From the NCBI GenBank assembly GCA_011109175.1, contig RDEW01000009.1, positions 1,444,950 through 1,508,949 on the forward strand: 64,000 nucleotides of DNA, read 5' to 3'. Positions within the stretch are counted from its first letter, which is position 1; each line of letters opens with the position of its first letter. Below, piece after piece: positions 53,137 through 64,000 of this stretch. Below the pieces are notes generated by a model. It was given only the letters and a program-made list of their open reading frames with translations. It had not been told where the DNA came from and made no database searches. The stretch is from Dicyema japonicum. Its lineage: Eukaryota; Animalia; Dicyemida. The position numbers and the translations under genes were made by a program.

Positions 53137-55600
53137 ATGACGAAACTAAAGAAAGAAGGCCAAAGTAAAATAAAGTAACCACTAAGACCAACACAAACCC
53201 AAAAAGTATCTTCACCCGTCTCCGAGAAACAGTCTAACTCCAATATCTTCGGAGATTATGTCCCAGTCCCCTAAAAACGACGTGAAAAAAATTGACGTGG
53301 AAATTTTTAAAGTAAACTTAGACGAATTAAATAAAGTAAATTTGTGTTCATTTTTTCAGATTGAAAAGTTCAAACTCCCAAAAATTCAGAAAAATAAGAA
53401 AACATTTTTGCTGGAAAACCGAAACGAGATTCCGTCGGAATCCCAGAAAACGGAAAAGTACTGAAAATGGTGATTTAGAAAATTTAATATATTCCAAAAT
53501 ATACACATGAGTGAGTTGAACTTGAAGCGTGAGGACCAACCTCAACAGAGTTTCAATCCTGACAGCACACGTGACTCCATCAATTCTGTGATTGATGACT
53601 CTGAAAATAATCGGAAGACATTCCAAGATCAAAACATTTTCGCCAAATGGAAACGACACGAATTTGACGTGAAAAACAAGACAGGACAGATTTGTGGTTT
53701 TGATTCGACTTTTCATTTCAGAGAAAATAAGTCGTAACCCGGAGGATTCGATCACCAGGAACAACGAGACAAGAACTAAAAAGGAAATTTTTGAGGTCGT
53801 CGAAAGGATTCTTCCAAAAATAAACTTTACGCCAGCAAGTAACTCTAAATCGTTAATTTTAGCACGTGGGTTCTTCAAACTTCCCGATCGTATTTGTAAA
53901 AAAGACGGTTATTCCACGTGGTAGCATATATAAGCTAATTAAGTTTAACCCTTATGAAGAGAGAGGGGGAAACAGACCTTTGGAAAGGATAGGGTACCCC
54001 CTTGTGTGTGCGATGAGTTGAATTACAGTCAGGATATTATGTACAAAAAAATAGCGGAAAAAAACAAAGTATACGAAACACTAGAAAACTACAAAGATTT
54101 GCTAAATCAAATCGAAGAGCATTACCCAGTTTATTACATCATTCTTACAGAGGGAATTTGATCATCTGGAGATCACAGGGTACCGATAACACGTGAAAAA
54201 CCAAGACGACAGGAATCCTTTCAAAGTGACGGCGTCGAACAAAATTTTGTTTTCTGCAGTAGTGCTGAGTCAGAACTCAGTAGCCAATGCGAGCCAAGGT
54301 AAATATCCAAATCACTCAGTTTGTTGCTGTTAGTGGCGGGAAAGGCCTTGACATACACTGGATGTAAGCCAAACAAGGAAAACGAGACAATCATCGAGGC
54401 CAGGGTTATGTTTGAGTGCTACCAACGAGAAAAGACTGTCTCCTATTTGGAAATGGAAAATAACGGAACTGCGGCGATTTATTACAGCTGGGAGGTGAGT
54501 GAGAGTTTTAAATGTTAAGCCAACAAGCAAAAAACAGGTCTTTGGGATTCCACTAGAAAATGTTGGAGTCCAAACGTTTTACTTCGACCAGAGTGACGGT
54601 AAGCAGAAATCTCATCATTAGGTGTTCTGGTGCCTGGTGAGAAGATCAACTTCCCATTTACCTTCAAATCCGTGAAAGATGGGATCTTCCAGGAAAAATG
54701 GCTCCTCAAGACCATTCCCAAATTAAACAGTGGCTCGAAAATTTGTGTGATTTTGCACGGAGTTGCAGTCCAGAATAACACATATCAGAAAATCCAAATC
54801 AGACAGCAGGCATGATCGATAAATAACCTCAGAAATTTGAATATGAAAGAAGGAGGGATAAATACATGGAAATGATAATTTACGATATTCTGAAAAACGT
54901 AAAGAAAACCCAAGACCGGTAACCCCCGTCGAGGAGACGTGGGATGATCAGATCAAATTTGAAAAGGTCAACGAAAATGTTATTATTTCTCTAAATTCAG
55001 TACTTCTTCAACGACGAAGCGATTTTAAAGTTGAATTCTCTCTACAATGCTTGCAATGAGTTGCCAGAGGACTGAGTGGAACTATTCCTTAGAGGAGCTC
55101 CACGAGCTAATTTTGAATTCTTCGATTAAGACAGATAAACAGAACCAGTTTTCTCAATTCCACAACTGCTTGAATAAAACGATTTGTGAGAATAAATATA
55201 ATGTATTTTCTAATCTCACGAAGGCACATTTATTTACTCAAAGTCGTTTCCGGGATGTCTTTAGCACAAAAAAGAATTTCCGCGAATTCAAAGTTCATTA
55301 AGAGACTTTATGGTTTATAAATTAGAATTTACTAGGAAATAGAAGAGAAGGCGACTCCAAAGATTGAAATTCAGAAAGCGGGCAAAGTAATGTTTAAACA
55401 AATTGTTTTTAAGAAAAAAAATTCGCAGACATACCAAAGGGAAGAACAAATCTTGGAGACGAATAACTTCCGAGTCTACTTTGCTGACCAAACTAAAGAA
55501 ATGTTGTATAAAACTGTAAATTTGGTTTTAATCATTAACAGACATATGACTCTTTGGTTAAGGCATTCGACATGATTGAACAAATTTATCAATTCGTGTA
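53137..55600 (+). CDS. MYCBPAP: MYCBP-associated protein (ciliary); 3' end approximate
   Basis: LTLMKRERG, VMFECYQREKTVSYLEMENNGTAAIYYSW, FYFDQSDG..VPGEKINFPFTFKS.KDGIFQEKW; many 21-25-nt introns. Confidence 0.72.
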
Positions 55601-55825
55601 ATACAAACTTAATACTTCACTAAAATAATTTAATTTAAATTATTATGATTTACTTCGAATGAATAAATTTACTTTAGCTTCCTTATATGAGATTTATTCT
55701 TTCCCCGGGGGACAATGTCGTTACCTGGAGACAAGTTCTGAACGCTGGAATGAGTCAGGATCAAGGAGTTAGTTAGTTTTGTTACCCTTTGTCTTTGGAA
55801 TAAATTTAATTTTTATATAACTCTA

Positions 55826-56147
55826 CCGGGTGGCATAGTGGTTAGGTGTCGGGCTTAAGTGGCTTAGGCTACGGGTTCGAATCTCGCTGCTGTTCTCCTG
55901 GTGGAAGGTTCCACGCATCTACGATGCAGAAAGGGTTTGACGAGTGACGCCGTCATCAGTAGATACTCACTGCGGAACTGGATTGTCTAGAAAGGACACT
56001 CACATAAGAAAAAGAAAAAAAAGAAGTGAAGATAATTCCTTGGTTCTACGATTAGTTAAAATTAACTGTTCTTTACTTAAATAAAGTGTGTGTCCTGCCT
56101 ATGCGGAGCTATAAATACTATGGCTCTCGTGAAAAGGCTTTATTATA
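55826..56147 (+). mobile_element. tRNA-derived SINE with about 105 nt extra internal sequence
   Basis: Same head and tail as 50499-50721; extra segment about 55975-56078. Confidence 0.8.
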
Positions 56148-56199
56148 ACTCTACCATCTGTGCTAAATAAGGACTAAAAGGCGTCTACAGAAAACAATG

Positions 56200-57200
56200 T
56201 TTTTTCGGTGGTGTCGATAATAATATATATAAATTCCCTTAATGACTAAGGCGTTTGATTCAGTCTCAAGAATCCAAGTAACGAAAAAGGTCTCCAACAC
56301 CTTTATCATCCGACTTTAAAACGATAGATTGCCAGTTTTCTTATCGGATGAAGGGGATACGTGTGTGTATAAGCCATTCAAGATCGAGATAAAGTCTCCT
56401 CCAGATTTGTATCCCTCAGGAATACCGCTTTCTCCGGCGCTTTTAAACTTATTTTAAACGACTTACCCTGCCATGGAGGGCCGGACTCAATATTTCTAAC
56501 ATATGGTGACAATTTAATTATTAAGAAAAGAAAAAAAATACGTGGATATTCATATATCGTTTTTACAATCGACAAAAGACGAAAGGATGCGCTAGAAATT
56601 AGTCCTCACGATGACATTATTCCAATGAAAACACATCCAAGAATACTGGGAGTGACCCTGGACTCATGATGACATCATTCTAATGAAAACGCGTCCAAGA
56701 ATACTGAAGTGACCCTCTTTTTCTCCCACATGTGAAGGACGCTCTGGCGAAAGACCTCCGAAAACTCAACGTCATCAAAACCTTTCTAAACTCAAGAACC
56801 CAGCCGTCACAGGAATGTGCTTCCGTCTTATACCACCAGTTCTTAAAGCCGACAGTGGAGTATGCCTGTGCCTCCTGGGCTTACAAAATTTTAATTTCAA
56901 ACTTCTACAAAATAAATTCTCTAAAAGCAAAAATGGTCCGTATAACCAATTTCTCTGTTTAACTATTCTCCCTATTACTCGACAACGCGGCAATCCAGAA
57001 TAATGGTTCCGGCTTCATAACTCTGCGACCCGGAATCCTATAGATTTACCAATCAGCGATAGAAGCCGCCGATACACGTAAATTGGAAAAAATGCTGAGA
57101 ATTTGTTAAAAAAACTGGAAATATCTGACTTGGAACGCCACCTGTGTTGATTGCCTCTTCTAACGTTAACAGATACTCCCAGGATCTTCCACAATGATGA
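56200..57200 (+). mobile_element. Decayed jockey/I-like LINE
   Basis: KAFDSV, YGDNLI, HPRILGVTLD (tandemly duplicated), FLKPTVEYACASW. Confidence 0.6.
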
Positions 57201-57802
57201 TCGAAATTAAAAAAAAATTCTAAAGTTTAGAATTAGAATCTAAACCCTTTGAAAATAGTTAGTCTTAACAATGTCGTACTCAAAACCTGAGAGATTCTCA
57301 CATCTAATTGGTTAACCTTTTTACCCACAATCGGATCGTTGAGAGCACGACAAAAGAAGCGACAGCTGAGAAGAGGGATGTCTGATTGAATGCATTTCCA
57401 TCAATCATGAGAGCTGGTACCAGCAATAATAGTTTAATTATGAGCATATTAATACTTAGTGTCTTTCTTTCCGTGCTCTTCACTATCCGTTCTACCAGTT
57501 TTCGCAATGTAACTTTCCTCATTACACGCCTTTACAATTCATTCAGGAATCCATGCATAAGTCTCATGTTTATTATTCTAAGCAAGTCCTCTGACGTTGA
57601 AAGCTACAACTGTATTGTGATAATAGACAGACTGAGAGTACGGTAAAGACATTATTAGAGGTATCACTCAACCAATAAAATTATTAGCTAATTTGTACAT
57701 TAGAGAATTCGGTTATATTTGAGAATTTTTATTAAAATTTATAATAATTATAAGACATAAATTCAGTATAATAAATTTTCGATAATTAGATTCTGACAGA
57801 AA

Positions 57803-58548
57803 ATGGCCTACTTGACAGGTTTCAAGGTTAACGCATATTTTAGTTATCTTCATGTACTTAATGATCACTCAAAGCAAAGAAATTCATAAAGAATATGTCA
57901 AAAAAGATTACAATGGTGTTCCAATAGAATTATGCGATGGTAATGTACCGTCATTGTCAGTGGAAAATTCACTTTTACACATTTTTATCTCGACAAAGTA
58001 AAGAAATATTTTATGTTAGATTAAAATCCATTTAGTTACAGACCCAAATTTCGTTGTGTATGAAAAACAAGATTACAAGATAGCAGTTTTTCAAGATAAA
58101 ATTGTTGATATAACCTTTCGCTATGAACTTACTCAAGAAGTTCTGAAAAATCATGTTCATTGATCATTTATGAGTAAATCATTCATATCTAATTCGATTA
58201 ACATGTCTCATCGTATAGGGGATTATTATCAATGTGACAACTTCACAACTATCCAAGAGAATTCATCCTCAAAAATATCGAATTTTAAGCTTCATTTTTT
58301 TAGAAATGACACAATCAAAAATTTTAATGGATATGGTTTATTTTCATTTTAAATTGACAAGGTTTGGTTGCAAACTGGCTATAGTAACAAATTATACGAA
58401 AATTAGGTTTTACAACCATGATTATGCACCTTTGATTTATGGTCTTATTTCTGGAGTTTTTGTCATTTCACTGCTAATTTACGTCAAAGTTAAATATGCT
58501 CCCAGAAGACAAGATTTTTCAACAATACTTTTAATTTCAAAATTATGA
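57803..58548 (+). CDS. Type I membrane protein, possibly LAMP-like
   Basis: Signal peptide, mini-introns, YYQCD..FGCK, TM LIYGLISGVFVISLLIYV, short tail RRQDFSTI; one unresolved junction. Confidence 0.4.
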
Positions 58549-58599
58549 TAATTTGTTTGGTTAAAAATTAATTTAATTTAAATTGCAGGCAAGCTACAC

Positions 58600-58710
58600 A
58601 TTTTAAGTTTTCTGTAAGGCTTGTGTGGGCTCAAGAGAGGAGCATCGGGCTGTTATAGAGTGATGGGATCACGTGATTAGTTAGTTTGGTAGCGAAATTG
58701 ATAAATAAAA
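58600..58710 (+). mobile_element. Extreme 3' stub of jockey/I-like LINE
   Basis: GGGATCACGTGATTAG plus A-rich tail; similar to the reverse complement of 15150-15230. Confidence 0.5.
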
Positions 58711-59905
58711 TAATCAAATTCATTATTAGACAAAAAAAACAAATCAGCCACCAGCTACTAAGATTCAATGAGCATTGCCGTGAAAATAGGAATTTGTCTT
58801 GTTCCGGGACAAAAATTTGTTCTTCAGTTACTTCGGTAAACTGCGTAATCGCTGTAAAAAGTGGAAGAGCGTGGATTCTGCGGTAGTAGGTCGAAGATTC
58901 ATAGTTTGGAGATCATGTAAGAAAACTCAATGAAGTGGTTGGATTTTTATATTCCCGTTTTCAAGAGTTTGGTACTTAAGACAACTCTATTTTGATAAAT
59001 GAGATGATTATAGCTGACAGTTTCTGTAAAACGAATGTAATCAAAGAAAATAAACATGGCCTGTTTATTCCTTTCGAAATTTCTAGAAACTTGCAGGGTG
59101 ATTTGATATAAAACTAAATGGTCTTATCTACTGAAACCAGGCAATTTTGGTTTGTCACGGTTCACCTCCGACTTCTGAGCCATACGAGATGTATCTAGCG
59201 ACCGTCCGCTTTTGGTTGTTACTTTCCTGTTAGTTATTGGTTGCCATATTTGAAAAGACTGGGGTAAATGAATAATTGATGAGATCTGTTTGCTAGTCAT
59301 ACAGATCTGGCTACAATTTAAAATTGATCACTCCAATTTAATTAATTCATTCTTAAAGTTGTTGTGACTGAGAGGTGATTGTTGGAGACGCCCAGTGAAA
59401 CAAATTTTGAAACGTGAGGCACAAACGGGACCTTTGTTAATACAACGTTCATTGCTTCTGTGAAATTGTTTTTTAATAATAATCTACTAACAATTAATTT
59501 TCTTTGATGTTTAGTGGTTGAGTACAATTATTTTTAATTATTTACATTCATTAAAAACATATATTTTGTGGCCCAAGGTACTAGAAACTGAAAACATCGG
59601 ATTCTCTAAGGTCTAATCTGATCAGCTCACCAGACTCTGACTATTATTATTTCTGAGTGTGAAAAATAGTACGCTAACTAACCGTAGAAAATCCCCATAG
59701 ATAATCCGGTTTCGCAGAAGGGGTCACTCATCGACCCAAGAAACTCGTAGATATGCGAACCTTCAACCTGAATGGTCGAACCAGCAACACTTGTCCCGGA
59801 AAAATAAACAAAAATTTATTTGAAATCCCAGCAGTCATTAAATTATAAAATCAATAAATGTCACAGATTTATTATAAATAATTAATCAGACAACATAAAT
59901 ATAAA

Positions 59906-61196
59906 TTAAATATGCCTATCCTTCAAAATGTTGGGACCATGAGCCTGATAATCGGTATTAGTCAACCACAGTCGACGAAATGTCTCCAAAGAAGCCAAAA
60001 TGGATCCCCTTCAACTCAGTACACTTCAAAACCCAATCCAAGCTGAGTAAATCCGTTCCCTAGGGGCCGAGATCTTTATTTTCACATCCTTCGGAGCCAG
60101 ACATTTCACCTCATTAATCAACCGATCTCCAAAACCAGCCATAAACAAAATACTCACCTTTTATTAGTGTACTCCCCCCAGCAAGCACAATGTTCGAGTA
60201 AAGAAGTGCTCTCAGGTCCAAATCCGCCTTTTTTATAGACTTCATTAAGAGCTCATGAATCGGATCCCACTCACTCCCAACAAGAGTAGGTCGGAAGAGC
60301 GCCTCCGGGCACTTAGAACACGCTGACTCCAGCGCAATCACCGATCCGTCCGGCAAAGTGTACTTAACTGGATCCTTCCGAGACTCTGGCAAAGCCAGAT
60401 ATGAGGTCCTCTGCCAATCAGACAAAAAAGACCTCTTTGATAGCTTTAACGATTTCCATCTCCGCGGTTGTGTGGAAGACGTATCCTTCTCCTCTTAGTA
60501 GGAATCTTAGATACTCAGTTACATCTCGCCCGGCAAAATCACTCCTCAGGGTCGAGTGATGGAGACCAAAACCATTGCACACAGCCATCACCTGGGTTAC
60601 ACAGTCTCCCGAATCGAGAACTACTCCACTGACACGTCCTGATGCATATCTGAGGTTATTATGGAAATTACAGAGAAAGCACGGCCGGGGTTGCAAAGTA
60701 TAATGCCTGAACGCCGAGGGATTCGAAAATTATCTCCGCCATTTTTTCACGATTTTTAGTGGAATTTAAAGGAGCTTCCGTTATCAACAAGGGATGCTGA
60801 GATATGGCACCAGATTACCTCTTTTGAAGATATATTTAGGCAGTTCAGTGAGAAGATGTGATTCCACACGAGTTCCATGTCGTTCCAGCTAGTTACCATT
60901 CCATGTTTCATGGGGTACCGAAGGTGAAACAACCCTTTGTTTTCCTACAGAGTCAACCTCCAGGATACCTCAGCCTGACTTCCAATGACAACGTCGCTTT
61001 CAAGCCCACCAGTCATAACGCGCGCGTGTTTAATACGGGCGACGCTTAGAGTTAAAATCAACTTTACTAGTTTGTGAACGATGATTTTGGGTACGAATCG
61101 CCCGCAAACCCGAATTTGACTATGCCTGAGCCCTATTGGTGGTGAATCAACTGTTACATTATCTATTACTACAGGCTGGTTGAGTATTAGTTCCAT
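59906..61196 (-). CDS. ACTR1A: Actin-related protein 1 (centractin, dynactin filament)
   Basis: [76 protein letters not shown]; 7 mini-introns. Confidence 0.92.
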
Positions 61197-61289
61197 CACT
61201 TAATTCCGCCGATATAAAAATTTGAATTTTTTAATTACTAGTTTTTTAAGTAATAATCTTTTTTATATCAATTTTTATCATTATTAATT

Positions 61290-62620
61290 CAGAACTGCTG
61301 GTGAACAATCTAAATCAATATTGGCGGTGGTTCTTGGAATTTTTCATCTAGTTATTACTTTAATTGGCACAGTGGTCAGTGCTGTCACCTGTGTTGCGAT
61401 TAATTATGTCTTGGATTCCCACATCGTTACATACTTGGTATGAGGTTTCTGTTTCTACTCTTTGCTTTTTTTAGTTCCTTAGGCGGGGGGGGTCATGAGA
61501 TTCCTATCTTCCCTACTCCATTGGGTTCCTGCAATGGCTAATATGGAAGTGATGCTTGAAAGGATGAGTCTCACTCCCACACAGGAACTCGATATACCTT
61601 AACTTCATCAAAAACCTGGACGTACACCCATCCATATGAAATAACTAGTTAGCAGCATTTATTGTAACTCCCAAGGAATTATCACGTGGGTTTATTCATA
61701 GAACGTTGGAGAGTTAATAAATAATTTTCATGTTCTTCCTAAAGTCAGGATTATCCAAGTTCAGACATTGTTTGATTCGAAGATTACATATAAACTTCGA
61801 TATTCCCCGAGCTCAGTAAGGTAGGGAAAATTAGACCAATTTTTATGATTGAATAGTTAGGTTATCGTGTAAATTTTTAAATTACTTAGGATATACCCGA
61901 GTTATTTAGATTTCATTTGCAAACATCACTGACATCTACTCGGTTAGAAGGATCTGATGACGTCTCTTAGGAATGGGAAAAAGAAGAGGAGAAAAGAATC
62001 CGAAACGAGTGACGGCATTAACCACTACCCCACCTGGTCATTATGTAATAATAGCAGTCATTCCTTAGAGGAATAGTAATGTTTCCACTATTTAAGCTTC
62101 CAATTAGGCTGGTCACCTAATTTATTTTTAAAAAGTTATTTGTGAGACAAGGCCAAGTCGTCAAAAATGTTCTAAATTTTTTCCATTTTTAGTTAGATGC
62201 GAGTCCCTAAAGACAACCTCGTTCCGCAGTGAGGTGTCACTCGTTAACCAGAAAGCATTTTTTACCTTTAGCCGAAATGGACAACAGCGAGATTATAACC
62301 AGGAAACATCTGAATGGTATGTTTATTGACCCCAGGCTTACAATCTTTGGTAAGCCCAGCTCAGTCACAACTAAATCATCAAAGGAAGGAACCCATGGGT
62401 GAACATCTGTATTTGTATACCAAATCATTTTCTAATAGTTCAGTATAGTCTTCCGCTTCAGAAAAGGGTGGAAAATATATCTATTCTCTTCCATTCTCAT
62501 CACACGCATTACCGTTGCGGACATCACTTCATTCCTAGGCGGAAGAGATTTCATAATGTAATCTTCACTAGTGGAGTTGGTCGGGGAATGCTATCTATAA
62601 CACTGTGTCAGTTGATAAGT
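61290..62620 (-). CDS. Possible unidentified multi-exon gene containing SINE relics
   Basis: Open segments (IYFPPFSEAEDYTELL; IIPWELQ..ISYGWVYVQVFDE) and GT-AG candidates; not fully assembled. Confidence 0.25.
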
Positions 62621-62720
62621 AATCAGGATAAAGTATTTTTTTAACTAATAAAATATTAAAATTTAGTAATAATTTGTTTAAAACAAATAAACTTAATATA
62701 AAGTTACTTAGCAAAATACT

Positions 62721-64000
62721 ATGAAACTTGAGGATGCCTACATTCTTTGGGCCAACAGCAAGCTGAGACAGTTCGAAATAACGGTGTTTAAAATCCAAGA
62801 ATTGTTTGTTTACGAAACATTCATTAAATTCGTAAATATCTTTGTGGAAGTTCCCCCGGTTGATAAACAGTTTTTATATGCTTTATTTGCAAGGTTTAAA
62901 ACGAGTGATGTTGGAAATCAAAAATTCAATTCAGAAAATTAAACGAAGGTAAAAGAAGGTTTTATTTTAGCAAGTTTCTTCCCGACGAATATTCCTGCGA
63001 CATTTCATTGCTGATGAGTGGAGACGAGGAAGAGGTTGTATGATTCAATCAATTCAGGTCCATGAGTTCTTGTGGTGCTTCATTTCCTTCGACATTTTCA
63101 GAATTTCAAAAAACTTTAATATTTGGTTTAAAAGCGAGTCGTACAACTGCGATGACTGGATTGAGGGTGCTCATAAAAGGTTGCTGGAGATCTTATCAGA
63201 ATATACTAAGGTTTGCTTGGAGTCACTAATTCTAGATAAAAAGTGGAAACCGTAATTTTCAGTTGAGGGTAAGCTTGGGCACAATTTAGAATTTTTCTGA
63301 ATTTTGTAACACCAAGACGTTGGAAGGATTCATTAACTCAATAGTCCCTGCTTTGGTCTCCTCTGAGATAATGCCAAATTGCCTGTTTTTCCGTCATCTT
63401 ATGGTTTAGGTGGACTGTTGACTTTCTGTTGTTTCAGCTATGCAAACTGTTTGAACTCAATATTTACTTAACGTTTACGGACTTGGTGTGATTATTGGTG
63501 ATTTCAGAGTAATCCGTACATTTCGACTGTCTACTTCTTTCTGGTCCTTGACTCGGTCGTCAAATTTGAAAATTTCCGTAAAAATCAAGTCAGCCCGGTG
63601 AGATTCCAAACTCAGCACGATAAGAGACTGGGAGAATATTTCCTTTCCAACAACGACTGTGACCCCAATATCGTAAAAAATATGGACAGAGCCATAACAA
63701 ATGTGGATTCTGTCTCATTTGCTAGATTTACGAAACTTTTAGAAATATTTTTGACTGTCGGTTCATCAAAATAAAGTTATCAGATGCGACTGAAGTAGAA
63801 AAGTTGTACCTCTACTTTGACGTGAAGAGTGATGCTCACGTTTAGGCCAACATTGGGGAGAACGTTTACTCTTTCTACGTCAAACCAGAGAACGAACGAC
63901 TAAAATTCGACAAAAGCTTCATTTTCGAAGAAAAGACCACGAACAAGGTGCTCACGTGGAGACACGAAAAATTCTTTAGTAAATTGAAATTTTAATTTCG
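62721..64000 (+). CDS. Calponin-homology domain protein, truncated by the window end
   Basis: YILWANSKL..IQEL..FIKFVNIF and DISLLMSGDEEE|VHEFLWCFI fit CH-domain helices; 23-nt GT-AG intron near 63030. Confidence 0.55.

Noticed and set aside
55826-55900. tRNA gene candidates (also 50650-50721 and 26078-26161)
   Set aside because: A and B boxes are present but there is no acceptor-stem pairing, and they continue into a shared SINE body.
56608-56720. About 55-bp tandem duplication
   Set aside because: Two-unit local duplication within a dead LINE; not an array or CRISPR-like structure.
27455-61215. GCGG-containing motif just upstream of the NUP210 and ACTR1A starts
   Set aside because: Absent upstream of most other genes; too short to support.

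Overview
AT-rich eukaryotic (animal) genomic DNA with two kinds of region. Compact islands of housekeeping genes (RPS15, ACAT1, DNPEP, CAPZA, NUP210, TAF1B-like, MYCBPAP, ACTR1A/Arp1, a CH-domain gene, ML-domain-like and LAMP-like genes) are cut by dozens of extremely short spliceosomal introns, mostly 21-27 nt. These islands alternate with intergenic blocks of nested, decayed transposons: CRE, R4/Dong, RTE/BovB and jockey/I-like LINEs, Buster-type hAT, a hAT-type MITE, Tc1 and a tRNA-derived SINE. Intron size plus a ciliary gene suggest a dicyemid-like mesozoan; this is inference, not identification. The most notable observations are a CRE retrotransposon with an N-terminal PHD finger, a probable GT-TG mini-intron in Arp1 plus three GC-AG mini-introns, and an intronless decayed aquaglyceroporin inside a dispersed repeat. 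Several conserved genes carry single-base shortfalls in homopolymers, most likely long-read consensus errors, so some frameshifts and pseudogene calls may be artefacts. Gene identities come from motif recognition by eye, and TE-debris boundaries are approximate.
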